DNA from: an uncultured Myxococcales bacterium
Lineage (GTDB): Bacteria > Myxococcota_A > UBA9042 > CAIXZC01
Direction: 5' to 3'
Length of the DNA stretch: 53,809 bases
Assembly: GCA_903923815.1 (NCBI GenBank)
Contig: CAIXZC010000445.1
Location: 1-53,809, forward strand
Made by a program: the position numbers and the translations under genes. The notes below the pieces were generated by a model. The model made no database searches. It had not been told where the DNA came from and saw nothing but the letters and a program-made list of their open reading frames with translations. Shown piece by piece: positions 1 through 8,646 of this stretch (positions are counted from its first letter, which is position 1; every line of letters begins with the position of its first letter).

Positions 1-42
1 CATCAACCAAGCTAGCCCGGGTGTCAGGCAGCGGCCGGACGC

Positions 43-1257
43 CTAGTACTCCGGGATATCCTTGGTGCGCTTGTAGTACAGCTTGGCGGCGACGCGCATG
101 GGGCCGGTGCAGAAGTCGTCGTAGCTGACGCGTATGCCATAGCTGACACCCTTCTGGCCTTCACTGTTCTTGGAGGCCTCGGAGGCGAAGCCAGCCCAGT
201 AGTAGAAGCCCTTGCCGTTCTCCTCGGGGTGCAGCAGGGAGACGGGAGACTTCATGAGCGTGTACGCGAAGTAACCCTCGCCCATCATGATGCCGGGGCC
301 GTTGACGATGAATGCGGGGTTGGTCTGGGCCCAGCCCTGGGGCGCGAAGGTGGGGGCCTCTTCCGTCCTGGCACGGGCTTCGTCCGCCCAGCGTAATTCC
401 ATGTAGAAGTAGGCGTGCTGCATGCGATCGGCGTCCAACTTGCCGGTGGACATGCGGGACTCCAGCAGAAACTGGCGGTTGGTGGAGTCGATGACAGCCT
501 GCTTCTGAATGACGTTGTCGGGCCCATCGGGGCTGCCCAAATCCTGCGTCTCCTCCAAAGTCATGCCGGTGTTGAAGAGGGGGATGTCATACTTCACCAG
601 GCCTAGCTCCGGGTGGTAGTAGAAGTCGCCCGTGACGGTTATGGCCTTGAGGACGATGGGGACTCCGTCCCCGTCCAGGTTGCCGCTGAAAGTGTAGTGG
701 GCAACGCCGGGGACGGGGCCTGCTCCGGTGTCCACTGTCTCGTTGTCGGACACCAAGGTGTAGGTTGCGGTTCCGCCGCCCGCCAGCGGGACGGTCTCGC
801 CGTTGAGCAGCAGTTTGCCGGTAGCGGAGACGGATTGAGGCACGCCCACAGGCGGATAGAGGTTGATCTCCAGGGGGGCGTCCATGGTGACCTCCACCAC
901 TGAGGTTTCGGCAAAGCCACCGAAGACAAGGGTGTCACCCTTGATGGCTGTCCAGAATTCAGCCCCCGTGGAGGCGTCGTTCAGCAGCAGAGGGTCGTCC
1001 ACGCCATAGGCCACCTTGCGGCGGCTGTAGGTCTGGCCGTTGATGCTCTTCTCACCCAGTGTTCCCACCAGGAAGGAGTCATCAGCGATGGTGGGGACGG
1101 ACCCTGTGAAGACCCAGGTGGTGCTGTCGCCGTAGGGCTCCATGGGCGACTGGACCTGATCCTTGCCCGAGCCCCCATCAGAGCCGCAGGCAGCAAGGCC
1201 AAGGGTGGTCAGGCCCAATATCAACGCTAGCGCAAAACGCCAACCAGATGCAGTCAT
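43..1257 (-). CDS. hypothetical secreted lipoprotein
   Basis: ORF 43..1269. The N-terminus MTASGWRFALALILGLTTLGLAAC is a signal peptide with a lipobox (LAAC). A GAGGTG Shine-Dalgarno-like motif precedes the ATG at 1257. No family recognised. Confidence 0.6.
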   Translation of the reverse strand: MTASGWRFALALILGLTTLGLAACGSDGGSGKDQVQSPMEPYGDSTTWVFTGSVPTIADDSFLVGTLGEKSINGQTYSRRKVAYGVDDPLLLNDASTGAEFWTAIKGDTLVFGGFAETSVVEVTMDAPLEINLYPPVGVPQSVSATGKLLLNGETVPLAGGGTATYTLVSDNETVDTGAGPVPGVAHYTFSGNLDGDGVPIVLKAITVTGDFYYHPELGLVKYDIPLFNTGMTLEETQDLGSPDGPDNVIQKQAVIDSTNRQFLLESRMSTGKLDADRMQHAYFYMELRWADEARARTEEAPTFAPQGWAQTNPAFIVNGPGIMMGEGYFAYTLMKSPVSLLHPEENGKGFYYWAGFASEASKNSEGQKGVSYGIRVSYDDFCTGPMRVAAKLYYKRTKDIPEY

Positions 1258-1325
1258 GAGGCACCTCATTGTTTTTGGTGGACGCCTGAGTTGGCCACTC
1301 GTGAAGGCCGGGCGTCAAGCAAAAT

Positions 1326-1353
1326 CGGGGAACCAAATTCGGGGACGGAGGGA
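1326..1353 (+). repeat. solitary REP-like motif copy (CGGGGA-N8-CGGGGACGGAGG)
   Basis: Intergenic cggggaaccaaattcggggacggaggga. It has the same half-site arrangement as the clusters at 3159-3353 and 10986-11092. Confidence 0.4.
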
Positions 1354-1427
1354 CCGTATATGCCCATTGTTCCGAGCGTCTACATGGCCTACCATTACCC
1401 GGTCACGCATGACGACCAAGACGGAGA

Positions 1428-2201
1428 ATGAACATGAATACCCGCGCCCACGGTTTTTTGGAGGTCCTGCTGGCGCTAGCGGTAGCTGGGTGTGGTGCAT
1501 CGGGAAATGGCGGATCAGACACCAGACCCGGGCTGGATGTGGTTGGGGTCGATGGGGGCCCCGGCCTGGATACCTCCGCAGGTCTGGACACAGTGGACAC
1601 CACGCAGGAGGACACGGTCCCGCCGGTGGACACCGTGATGGCCGACCAGATCTCGGCCGATGCCTGCAGGACGGTGGTGTTCTTCAACGCATCCCAGACG
1701 GCCAAGCAGGTCGCCAACGGCACCACGACGGACACCGTCGAAAGCAACGGCTACCGCTTCAAATACACCAGGGACAAACTGTTTACCGGTGGCGTGGGTA
1801 TGACCGAGCCCATCGGTCGGCCCGTGCGCGTTGAGTGGCCTGCCGGCGTCGAGGCCCAGGCGGTGACAAGCGGCCCCGCACCTGGGGACGCCCAGATCAT
1901 CCTCCGGCGCGTGGACGGAGGAATCTTCGATCTGAGCGCCATGACGTTCAAGCTTTTGGCCAACACGGCGGGCACCGGTGGCGCGGTGGAGGTCATGCCC
2001 CTGCTGAATGGCGAGGACGGCCTGCCCGACCCGGTGATGCTTGACGCAAGTGGCTACGCAGGGATCTCCTTCTCCTACGACACGTCCCCCAACTACCTGG
2101 GCAGTACCAATCTGTTGAAGGGCTTCGACACCTACAAGATTACCCTTTGGGTGGACTTCGCCCTGACCGCCCTCACGGTGGAGTGCCACCCGGCGTTGTG
2201 A
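1428..2201 (+). CDS. hypothetical secreted lipoprotein
   Basis: ORF with N-terminus MNMNTRAHGFLEVLLALAVAGCGASG (signal peptide plus lipobox VAGC). The start may instead be the ATG at 1434, which has better spacing to GGAG. No family recognised. Confidence 0.6.
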   Translation: MNMNTRAHGFLEVLLALAVAGCGASGNGGSDTRPGLDVVGVDGGPGLDTSAGLDTVDTTQEDTVPPVDTVMADQISADACRTVVFFNASQTAKQVANGTTTDTVESNGYRFKYTRDKLFTGGVGMTEPIGRPVRVEWPAGVEAQAVTSGPAPGDAQIILRRVDGGIFDLSAMTFKLLANTAGTGGAVEVMPLLNGEDGLPDPVMLDASGYAGISFSYDTSPNYLGSTNLLKGFDTYKITLWVDFALTALTVECHPAL

Positions 2202-2245
2202 GGCACCCGGTGCATGCGAATCAGAGTCCGCCACCGATGCTAGCC

Positions 2246-2300
2246 AACAGGCGCATGGTGACTGAACGAGCCTGTTCGATGCCTGAGGGCTGTTCTCAGG
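2246..2300. terminator. two stem-loops between convergent genes
   Basis: AACAGGC (2246-2252) pairs with GCCTGTT (2270-2276). CCTGAG (2282-2287) pairs with CTCAGG (2295-2300), directly abutting the RayT-like stop codon. There is no clear T-tract. Confidence 0.3.
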
Positions 2301-3143
2301 TCACGACTGGTCCGGTGACGGGTCCGGGTCTGGCGGCCCAGCCTTGCGTCCTCGGCGCGGGCCTTTGTCCGGGCAGAATGGCAACACGTTGTGGGGTGAG
2401 AGCAGGGCGAGCTCGAAGTAGCCGTCGATCTGCTTGCGGGGTACGGTCTTTCGGCACAGCCAGTTGGCCAGCTGGCGCAGCACGGTGTTGCGGGTAGTCT
2501 CGAAGGCCAGCGAGCCCGTGGCGTGCCCGCAGTCCGCCCGTGCCTCGAAGTCGTCGTCGGGCAGCATGCGCTGGGCGTTGTAAAGGTCGCAATCTTCCCG
2601 GTAGCGAAGTTGGCGCTGCTCCGGCAGGTCGCCAAGCTCTTGGTACCACTGCGGGTGGGTGAGCCGGGCGGTCCACTTGTTGACCTCGCCAAAGGCGTAG
2701 AAGCGGTAGCTGGAGAAGGGGTACTCGCGGGGGTGCTGGCACATACCGGCGCGGACGGGGTTCCAGTCGTGGTAGAACATGGTTCGCTTCAGGGCCTCCT
2801 GGTCCTCGGCGACTTTGGTCTTTGGGCGGTCCTGGGCGACGGGTCCCCTTCTGTGCAGCATCCGGTTCAGCCAAACGGCAAAGGACGAATGGGCGGAGCG
2901 GGCCCAGTTTGACATGGGCTGGTGGCCGCCGTTGAGCTTGCCTGCCAGGTGGAAATGGTTGGACATGACGACGAACGAGTAAACCTCGACCTTGCCCTTG
3001 GCGACCTTGAAGAACTTGAAGAAGCGGTCGAGGAAGACCTCCTTGACCGAGTCCTCGGCCAGGAAGAACTCGCCGTTGATGGCCCTCCACATGAAGTGGA
3101 AGAGGCAAAAGGCCGGAAGCGTGAATCTGCGTGGAGTTCTCAT
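2301..3143 (-). CDS. rayT: REP-associated tyrosine transposase (RayT / IS200-like Y1 transposase family)
   Basis: HUH-type motif VVMSNHFHLAG. Catalytic-Tyr region FYHDWNPVRAGMCQHPREYPFSSY is typical of Y1 transposases. Size is about 280 aa. REP-like repeats lie immediately 5' of the gene. Confidence 0.8.
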   Translation of the reverse strand: MRTPRRFTLPAFCLFHFMWRAINGEFFLAEDSVKEVFLDRFFKFFKVAKGKVEVYSFVVMSNHFHLAGKLNGGHQPMSNWARSAHSSFAVWLNRMLHRRGPVAQDRPKTKVAEDQEALKRTMFYHDWNPVRAGMCQHPREYPFSSYRFYAFGEVNKWTARLTHPQWYQELGDLPEQRQLRYREDCDLYNAQRMLPDDDFEARADCGHATGSLAFETTRNTVLRQLANWLCRKTVPRKQIDGYFELALLSPHNVLPFCPDKGPRRGRKAGPPDPDPSPDQS

Positions 3144-3158
3144 GCCCTAGTGTTTCGA

Positions 3159-3353
3159 ACGGAGGCGAAAACGGGGAAGGAGATTTTCGTCTGCAGAGTG
3201 CCTCCGTCCCCAGTAGTCGTCCCCGGTAGTCGCCGCTGAAATCCGGGGGTCTGCTGCTGCCTCCGTCCCCGGTCGTCGTCCCCGGTTGTAGGGCAGTGGG
3301 CAACTCATCCGGTGGCTTCGAGCGCGGCTTGTTTGACTCGCCTCCGTCCCTGG
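3159..3353 (-). repeat. cluster of REP-like elements (core GCCTCCGTCCCC = reverse complement of GGGGACGGAGGC)
   Basis: Copies at 3200-3226, 3259-3285 and 3340-3353, each gcctccgtcccc followed by (N)gtcgtccccgg. An opposite-orientation half ACGGAGGC at 3159-3166 is an 8-bp inverted repeat with GCCTCCGT at 3200-3207. A nested GAAAA/TTTTC pairing lies inside it. Confidence 0.7.
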
Positions 3354-3414
3354 GATAATCTGCCGCCGGTCTGTGGATTCGCGGCCCCTGGCGGGCCTTG
3401 GGAAGGTGAACGCA

Positions 3415-4560
3415 ATGAAAAAGCGCATTGGAATTCTCACCGGCGGTGGCGACTGCCCGGGTCTCAATCCGGCGGTTCGTTGGTTCGTGGAGGCCGCGGC
3501 GGCCAAGGGCGGCTGGGAGGTCATTGGCCTCCGGGACGGCTGGAAGTCCCTGGTGATGGAAGATTTGGTTGAGAAGGGCATCGCGGCCCCCGGCGAGGAC
3601 TGGTACAAGCGGGGCTGCTTCGCCCGCCAGTTGACCCCGGCGGACGTGGACGGGTGGGAGCGCATCGGCGGCACCTCCCTTGGGTCCTCCCGCACCAACC
3701 CCTACAACCCCAAGAAGGACCGCAGCGCCCAGGTCATCACCAACATCGGCAAGCTGGGCCTGGACGCCCTGGTGGCAATTGGCGGTGAGGACACCCTGGG
3801 CGTGGCGCGCCGACTGCACGCTGCCGGCATCCCCGTGGTGGGCATCCCCAAGACCATCGACGCCGATCTGCCGGGGACGGAGTATACCCTGGGCTTTGCC
3901 ACCGCCGTGGAGATTCTGTGCCACGAGGTGGATCGCCTGCGCACCACCGCCGGCAGCCACAGCCGCTTCTTCGTGGTGGAGGCCATGGGCCGCCACGCCG
4001 GGCATCTGGCGCTGCAGGGGGGCATGGCCGCCGGCGCGGACATGATTCTCATCCCCGAAGTCCCCTTTGATATCCCCCGCATCGTGCACTTGGTGAACCG
4101 CATCCGGGACCTGGGGCACCGCTACGGCATGATCGTGGTGGCCGAGGGCGCCTTCCCCAAGGGCATGGATGGCCCCGTCAGCACGGGCAAGGCTCTGGAC
4201 CCAAGCTTTGGGCATGTGAATCTGGGGGGCGTGGGGGAGATGCTGGCCAATGCCATCTCCGCCGCCACGGACCTGGGCACCCGCAGTGTGCAACTTAGTC
4301 ACATCCAGCGCGGTGGGGCCCCCGTGGCCTACGACCGCATCATGGGCATGAAGTTCGGCTTCGCCGCCTCGGACCTGATCGCCGCGGGCATCAGCGGCCG
4401 CATGGTGGCGGTGGTGGATGGGAAGGTCACAGCCATCGGTCTGGAGGTCCTGGACGAGGGCCTCAAGCTGGTGGATGTGGAGCGCGAGTACGATGCTAAG
4501 TTGTTGAACGGAAAGGCCACCAGGGTACTCTCCGTCCCCGGGATTGGAGGTGCGAAATGA
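3415..4560 (+). CDS. pfk: 6-phosphofructokinase, PfkA family (PPi-type signature residues)
   Basis: MKKRIGILTGGGDCPGLN N-terminus, plus IGGEDT, GIPKTIDAD and EAMGRHAGHLAL motifs. GGAAGGTG lies 7 nt upstream of the ATG at 3415. The upstream ORF extension to 3373 is unlikely. Confidence 0.85.
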   Translation: MKKRIGILTGGGDCPGLNPAVRWFVEAAAAKGGWEVIGLRDGWKSLVMEDLVEKGIAAPGEDWYKRGCFARQLTPADVDGWERIGGTSLGSSRTNPYNPKKDRSAQVITNIGKLGLDALVAIGGEDTLGVARRLHAAGIPVVGIPKTIDADLPGTEYTLGFATAVEILCHEVDRLRTTAGSHSRFFVVEAMGRHAGHLALQGGMAAGADMILIPEVPFDIPRIVHLVNRIRDLGHRYGMIVVAEGAFPKGMDGPVSTGKALDPSFGHVNLGGVGEMLANAISAATDLGTRSVQLSHIQRGGAPVAYDRIMGMKFGFAASDLIAAGISGRMVAVVDGKVTAIGLEVLDEGLKLVDVEREYDAKLLNGKATRVLSVPGIGGAK

Positions 4561-5696
4561 GTCGCAGAATCGGCATCCTCACTGGCGGCGGCGACTGCCC
4601 GGGCCTGAATAACGCCATCAAGTGGGTGGTGAAGACCGCCGCCCGGTACAACGAGAAACTGCCCCCCGACCGCCGCTTTGAGGTGATTGGCTTCCGCGAC
4701 GGCTGGGCCGGCCCCATCAACTACAGCAGCAAGTACCCCGTGCTGCCCGCAGGCCAGGACTTCTTCGGCGGTCACCACGCCCGCATCCTGGACGAGATGG
4801 TGGTGCGCTCCTGGGATCGCCAGGGCGGCACCTGCATTGGCTCCTCCCGCACCAACCCCTTTGCCAAGGGCAGCGACCTGTGGATGGAGGTGGTCCGCAG
4901 CTACCGCGAACTGGATCTCTACTGTTTGATCGCCCTGGGCGGCGACGACACCCAGAGCGTCACCTGGAAGCTGCACGAAAAGGGTCTGAACGTCCTGACC
5001 ATCCCCAAGACCATCGACGGGGACCTGGCGGGCACCGAATACACCCTTGGTTTTGACACCGCCGTGAACGTCATAGTGGAGGAGGTGGACCGCCTGCGCA
5101 GCACCGCGGCCTCCCACGGGCGCATCATGGTGGTGGAGGCCATGGGCCGCCACGCCGGACACCTGGCGTTGGCCGGTGGTGCCGCCGCGGGGGCCGATGT
5201 GGTCCTCATCCCCGAAGTCCCCTTCAAACCCGAGCGCGTGGCCGAGTTGGTCAAGGCCCGCATGGGTGGCGGGGCGCGGTACTGCGTGGTGGTGGCCGCC
5301 GAGGGCGCCCTCATCGAGGGCAAGGGCCACGTGTCCAAGGAGGCCGACGGCAAGGACGAGTTCGGCCATGTGCTGCTGGGGGGCGTGGGGCGCTATCTGG
5401 AGGAGTACCTGACGCAGGCCCTGGGCGCGGACGTGCGCAGCGTCATCCTGTCCCACTTGCAGCGCGGAGGCGTGCCCTCGTCGTGGGACCGCCGCGCGGG
5501 CCGGTTGTTCGGCATCGCCGCCATGGATCTGGTGGTGGAGGGGCGCTTCGGGATGATGGCCTCCATGAAGGATGGCCGCATCGCCGCCGGGCCCATCCCC
5601 GCCGCCGAGAAGAACATGGTGCTGGTGGACGCCGCCAGGGCCTACGACGCCGACCGCTACCAGCCCGCCCTGACCGTGCTTCGGGACCTCAAGTAA
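4557..5696 (+). CDS. pfk: 6-phosphofructokinase paralog, PfkA family (GGDD / PKTID PPi-type signature)
   Basis: MSRRIGILTGGGDCPGLN, LGGDDT, TIPKTIDGD and EAMGRHAGHLAL motifs. ATGA start/stop overlap with the upstream pfk. Confidence 0.85.
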   Translation: MSRRIGILTGGGDCPGLNNAIKWVVKTAARYNEKLPPDRRFEVIGFRDGWAGPINYSSKYPVLPAGQDFFGGHHARILDEMVVRSWDRQGGTCIGSSRTNPFAKGSDLWMEVVRSYRELDLYCLIALGGDDTQSVTWKLHEKGLNVLTIPKTIDGDLAGTEYTLGFDTAVNVIVEEVDRLRSTAASHGRIMVVEAMGRHAGHLALAGGAAAGADVVLIPEVPFKPERVAELVKARMGGGARYCVVVAAEGALIEGKGHVSKEADGKDEFGHVLLGGVGRYLEEYLTQALGADVRSVILSHLQRGGVPSSWDRRAGRLFGIAAMDLVVEGRFGMMASMKDGRIAAGPIPAAEKNMVLVDAARAYDADRYQPALTVLRDLK

Positions 5697-7072
5697 TGGA
5701 TCCCACCCTCCTCACCCGGCGGCCCGTCCTGCTGATCGTGGAGGACGACGCCAGCAACCGCAGCAGCCTCCAGGACCTGTTTGCCCGGGAGAACTATCAG
5801 GTGCTGGTGGCCGCCGACGGCAAGGAGGCTGTGGAGACCCTGCGCCACGAGACCGTGGACGTGGTGCTGACGGACCTGATGATGCCCTCCATGAGCGGCC
5901 TGGAATTACTGCGCAGCGTCAAGGCCATGAGCCCGGGGACGGAGGTGGTGCTGATGACCGCCTACGGCACCGTGGAGCGGGCAGTGGAGGCCATGAAGGA
6001 GGGCGCCTACGACTTCGTCACCAAGCCCTTCAAGGCCATCCAAATCCTGCGCAGCGTACGCCGCGGCATGGAGAAGCAAAGCCTGCTTTTGGAGAACCGC
6101 AACCTGCGGGAGCGCCTCAAGCAGATGGACCAGGGGCGCCGTGGGCTGATTGGCAACAGCCAGCCCATGCGGCGACTGGTGGCCATGATCCGACAGGTGG
6201 CGCCGTCCAGCGCAACCGTACTGATACAGGGTGAAAGCGGCACAGGCAAGGAGCTGGTGGCCCGAGAGTTGCACGAGTTCTCACCGCGGGCGGGGCGGGC
6301 CTTCATTCCGTTCAACTGCGCGGTCATCACCTCGAGTCTGGCGGAGGCCGAGTTGTTCGGCCACGAGAAGGGCGCCTACACGGGGGCCCACAAGTCTCGC
6401 CCCGGGGTCTTCAAAGAGGCCGACGGGGGCACCCTGTTCCTGGACGAAATCGCGGAACTGGATCTGTCGCTGCAGGGCAAGTTGCTGCGGGCCATCCAGG
6501 AGGGTGAGATACGTCCCGTGGGTGGCAGCAAGCCGCTGCACGTGGACGTGCGCATCATCGCGGCGGGCAAGGACGTGCTGGAGGAGGCGGTCCGCGAGGG
6601 GCGCTTTCGGGAGGACCTGTACTACCGCCTGAACGTCATCACCATGACCATTCCCCCCCTGCGGGAGCGGCGCGACGACGTGCCCATCCTGGCGGCCCAC
6701 TTCCTGGGGGTCTTTGCGGACAAGAACCGGCGCAAGTTGGAGGGCTTCACCCACCAGGCCCTGGACCGGCTGGCCACCTACAACTGGCCGGGCAACGTGC
6801 GGGAACTGGAGAACGTGGTGGAGCGGGCCGTGGTGCTCAGCCAGGGGACCCTGATTGAGGAGAGTGACCTTCCCGACCACATCCACGGGTCCACCAGCGC
6901 GGGCCCCGGGACCCTGAGCATCCCCTGGGGCAGCACCCTGGAGGAGGTGGAGCGCCGCCTGGTGCTGGACACCCTGGACCGCGTGGGGGGCGACAAGAAG
7001 CTGACCGCGGACCTGCTGGGGGTCTCCCAGCGGACCATCTACCGTATGTTGGAGCGCTGGCAGAAGAAGTAG
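5696..7072 (+). CDS. sigma-54-dependent response regulator (NtrC-family enhancer-binding protein)
   Basis: Receiver domain (LLIVEDD...VLTDLMMP). AAA+ domain with GESGTGKE Walker A, a GAYTGA sigma-54 contact loop and FLDEI. C-terminal Fis-type HTH (LLGVSQRTIYRML). TAATG overlap with the pfk stop. The ORF-track start at 5483 is an out-of-context extension. Confidence 0.88.
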   Translation: MDPTLLTRRPVLLIVEDDASNRSSLQDLFARENYQVLVAADGKEAVETLRHETVDVVLTDLMMPSMSGLELLRSVKAMSPGTEVVLMTAYGTVERAVEAMKEGAYDFVTKPFKAIQILRSVRRGMEKQSLLLENRNLRERLKQMDQGRRGLIGNSQPMRRLVAMIRQVAPSSATVLIQGESGTGKELVARELHEFSPRAGRAFIPFNCAVITSSLAEAELFGHEKGAYTGAHKSRPGVFKEADGGTLFLDEIAELDLSLQGKLLRAIQEGEIRPVGGSKPLHVDVRIIAAGKDVLEEAVREGRFREDLYYRLNVITMTIPPLRERRDDVPILAAHFLGVFADKNRRKLEGFTHQALDRLATYNWPGNVRELENVVERAVVLSQGTLIEESDLPDHIHGSTSAGPGTLSIPWGSTLEEVERRLVLDTLDRVGGDKKLTADLLGVSQRTIYRMLERWQKK

Positions 7073-7177
7073 GGTGGGGGGGCCGCGGGGGGGCGGGGCC
7101 CGTCTGGCCAGACCTTCAGACCACGGCCTGGGGGCTTGATTTGGGGTTCTTATCAGAGGCTTTCTTAGAATAACCCT

Positions 7178-7206
7178 TTGCCATCAGTACCCTTGCCGAG
7201 TATTTT
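7178..7206 (+). promoter_or_regulatory. candidate sigma-70-type promoter (TTGCCA-N17-TATTTT)
   Basis: -35-like TTGCCA at 7178-7183 and -10-like TATTTT at 7201-7206, in an unusually AT-rich intergenic stretch upstream of the GGDEF gene. Confidence 0.3.
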
Positions 7207-7248
7207 TCACGCCCACTGAAGACTTGGAATTCCCGTTTGGAGCCGAAT

Positions 7249-8589
7249 ATGCCCGCGCACCCGCCGGTTGCCACTGACCCGGAGCTGTACCGAGGACTCC
7301 TTCATTCAAGCCCCAATGCCATCTTCGTGGTCAGTCCCGAGGGGACCATTCTGGATCTGAACGAACTGGGGGTCGCCTTGCTGTCCCTAAGACGCGATCG
7401 CCCAGGGACGGAGACAGGCCCAGGGACGGAGAAAGGCCCAGGGACGGAGAAAGGCCCAGGGACGGAGGGATTTCTGGGGACGGAGGTGCTGGCCCTTTAT
7501 CCGCGCCAACTCCAGGCAACTCGGCGGGCGCTGCTGAACAAGGTGTTCGACACCGGCGTGGCCGTAACCTTTGACGACGAACAGGATGGGATTTTTCTCA
7601 GGAGCTCCATCTTCCCCATCGGCTCCTGCGTTGGGAGGCCCTCGGCGGTGGGCATCATGGCCGTGGACCTCAGCAGGGAGCTCAAGCGAGAGCGCGCCCT
7701 GACCGCGGCGCTGGAGCGGGCCGCCGTGCTGGAGGACATTGTCAACCGCAGCCCCGTGATGGCGTTTCTGTGGCGGGACGAGCCAGACTACCCCGTGGAA
7801 TACGTAAGCCAGAACGTCAAACAGCTTGGGTACTCGGTCGCGGACCTTATCTCGGGCAAGGTGTCCTGGACCGGGATCACCCACCCAGAGGATCTGGCGC
7901 GCCTTGAGGCGGAGTTGGAAGAGCACGTCCGCAATGGGGACTGTGAGTGGATGATGAAGTACCGCCTGCGCCTTGCGGACGGAACTTGGCGCTGGATGGA
8001 GGACTTGACCCGACCCAAACGGGACATATCTGGCAAGGTGACCCACTACGAGGCGCTGGTCACGGACATCACGGACAAGGTCCGCTGCCAGGAACTGTTG
8101 GAGGCAACCAGCCTGATGGATGAGTTGTCGGGGTTGTACAATCGGCGGGCCTTCCCCGCGTTGGCCCAGCAGCAACTTGCGCTGGCCCGACGCAACAAGC
8201 TGGGTGTGTTCATGATGTACTGCGACCTGGACGGACTGAAGGACATCAATGATCGGCTGGGGCATGCCATGGGGGACCAGGCCATCCGGTGCATGTCGAC
8301 CATCCTGAAGGGGACGGCCCGGGCCTCGGACGTGGTGGCGCGGCTGGGGGGCGACGAGTTCGTGGTGTTCGGGCAGGAGACCGGGCCCGACGGGTCCAAA
8401 GCGTTGGAGGTTCGGTTGGCCGCGGCCATCAAGCGCCGCAACGATCTGGGCGATCTGCCCTTCACCCTGAGCCTGTCCCTGGGGCGCCTGGTGCTGTCAG
8501 CGAGCCAAGAATTGAACCTGGATTGCATGTTGGCGGAGGCCGACCAGTTGATGTACCAGGACAAGCGCAGCAAGGGCGACGGGCGCTGA
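7249..8589 (+). CDS. PAS-PAS-GGDEF diguanylate cyclase
   Basis: C-terminal GGDEF domain with an intact RLGGDEFVVF active site and an RASD (RxxD) I-site 5 residues upstream. Two PAS-like regions. The ATG at 7249 is preferred over the TTG at 7237. Confidence 0.85.
   Translation: MPAHPPVATDPELYRGLLHSSPNAIFVVSPEGTILDLNELGVALLSLRRDRPGTETGPGTEKGPGTEKGPGTEGFLGTEVLALYPRQLQATRRALLNKVFDTGVAVTFDDEQDGIFLRSSIFPIGSCVGRPSAVGIMAVDLSRELKRERALTAALERAAVLEDIVNRSPVMAFLWRDEPDYPVEYVSQNVKQLGYSVADLISGKVSWTGITHPEDLARLEAELEEHVRNGDCEWMMKYRLRLADGTWRWMEDLTRPKRDISGKVTHYEALVTDITDKVRCQELLEATSLMDELSGLYNRRAFPALAQQQLALARRNKLGVFMMYCDLDGLKDINDRLGHAMGDQAIRCMSTILKGTARASDVVARLGGDEFVVFGQETGPDGSKALEVRLAAAIKRRNDLGDLPFTLSLSLGRLVLSASQELNLDCMLAEADQLMYQDKRSKGDGR
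7401..7487 (+). repeat. in-frame 18-bp tandem repeat (cccagggacggagaNagg) inside the GGDEF gene
   Basis: Units at 7401-7418, 7419-7436 and 7437-7454, a partial unit at 7455-7470, and a further ggggacggagg at 7477-7487. Together they encode PGTETGPGTEKGPGTEKGPGTEGFLGTE. Confidence 0.9.
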
Positions 8590-8646
8590 GGCGACGAAGT
8601 TCCTTTGTGCCAGGGATCGTTCATGTTTAATTTTCACGAATTCCCT

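Noticed and set aside
3872-3886. GGGGACGGAG occurrences inside conserved coding motifs. Examples are PFK PGTEYT here, 5936-5948, 19873-19884, 20497-20508 and 25123-25133.
   Set aside because: These are single hits explained by Gly-Thr-Glu codons in a GC-rich genome. They lack the flanking CGGGGA half-site or a tandem structure, so they are not counted as REP-like copies.
5483-5695. ORF-track N-terminal extensions of real genes. The example here is the sigma-54 activator; others start at 3373, 11174, 23991, 26358, 37309, 40202, 42312, 47800 and 51822.
   Set aside because: The extensions overlap the upstream gene, or encode Arg/Gly/Pro-rich non-protein-like sequence. Internal starts have Shine-Dalgarno motifs and give canonical N-termini (signal peptides, lipoboxes or receiver domains).
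7073-7110. G-rich tract after the activator gene (gggggggccgcgggggggcggggccc), considered as a terminator or G-quadruplex.
   Set aside because: Only about 5 bp of complementarity (GGGCC/GGCCC) and no T-tract. G-runs are present, but a quadruplex claim cannot be supported by eye.
7401-7470. Possible CRISPR array; the same question was considered for 10986-11092.
   Set aside because: The units are directly abutting tandem repeats of 18 bp and 34 bp with no unique spacers. One array lies inside a coding frame. No cas genes are present in the window.
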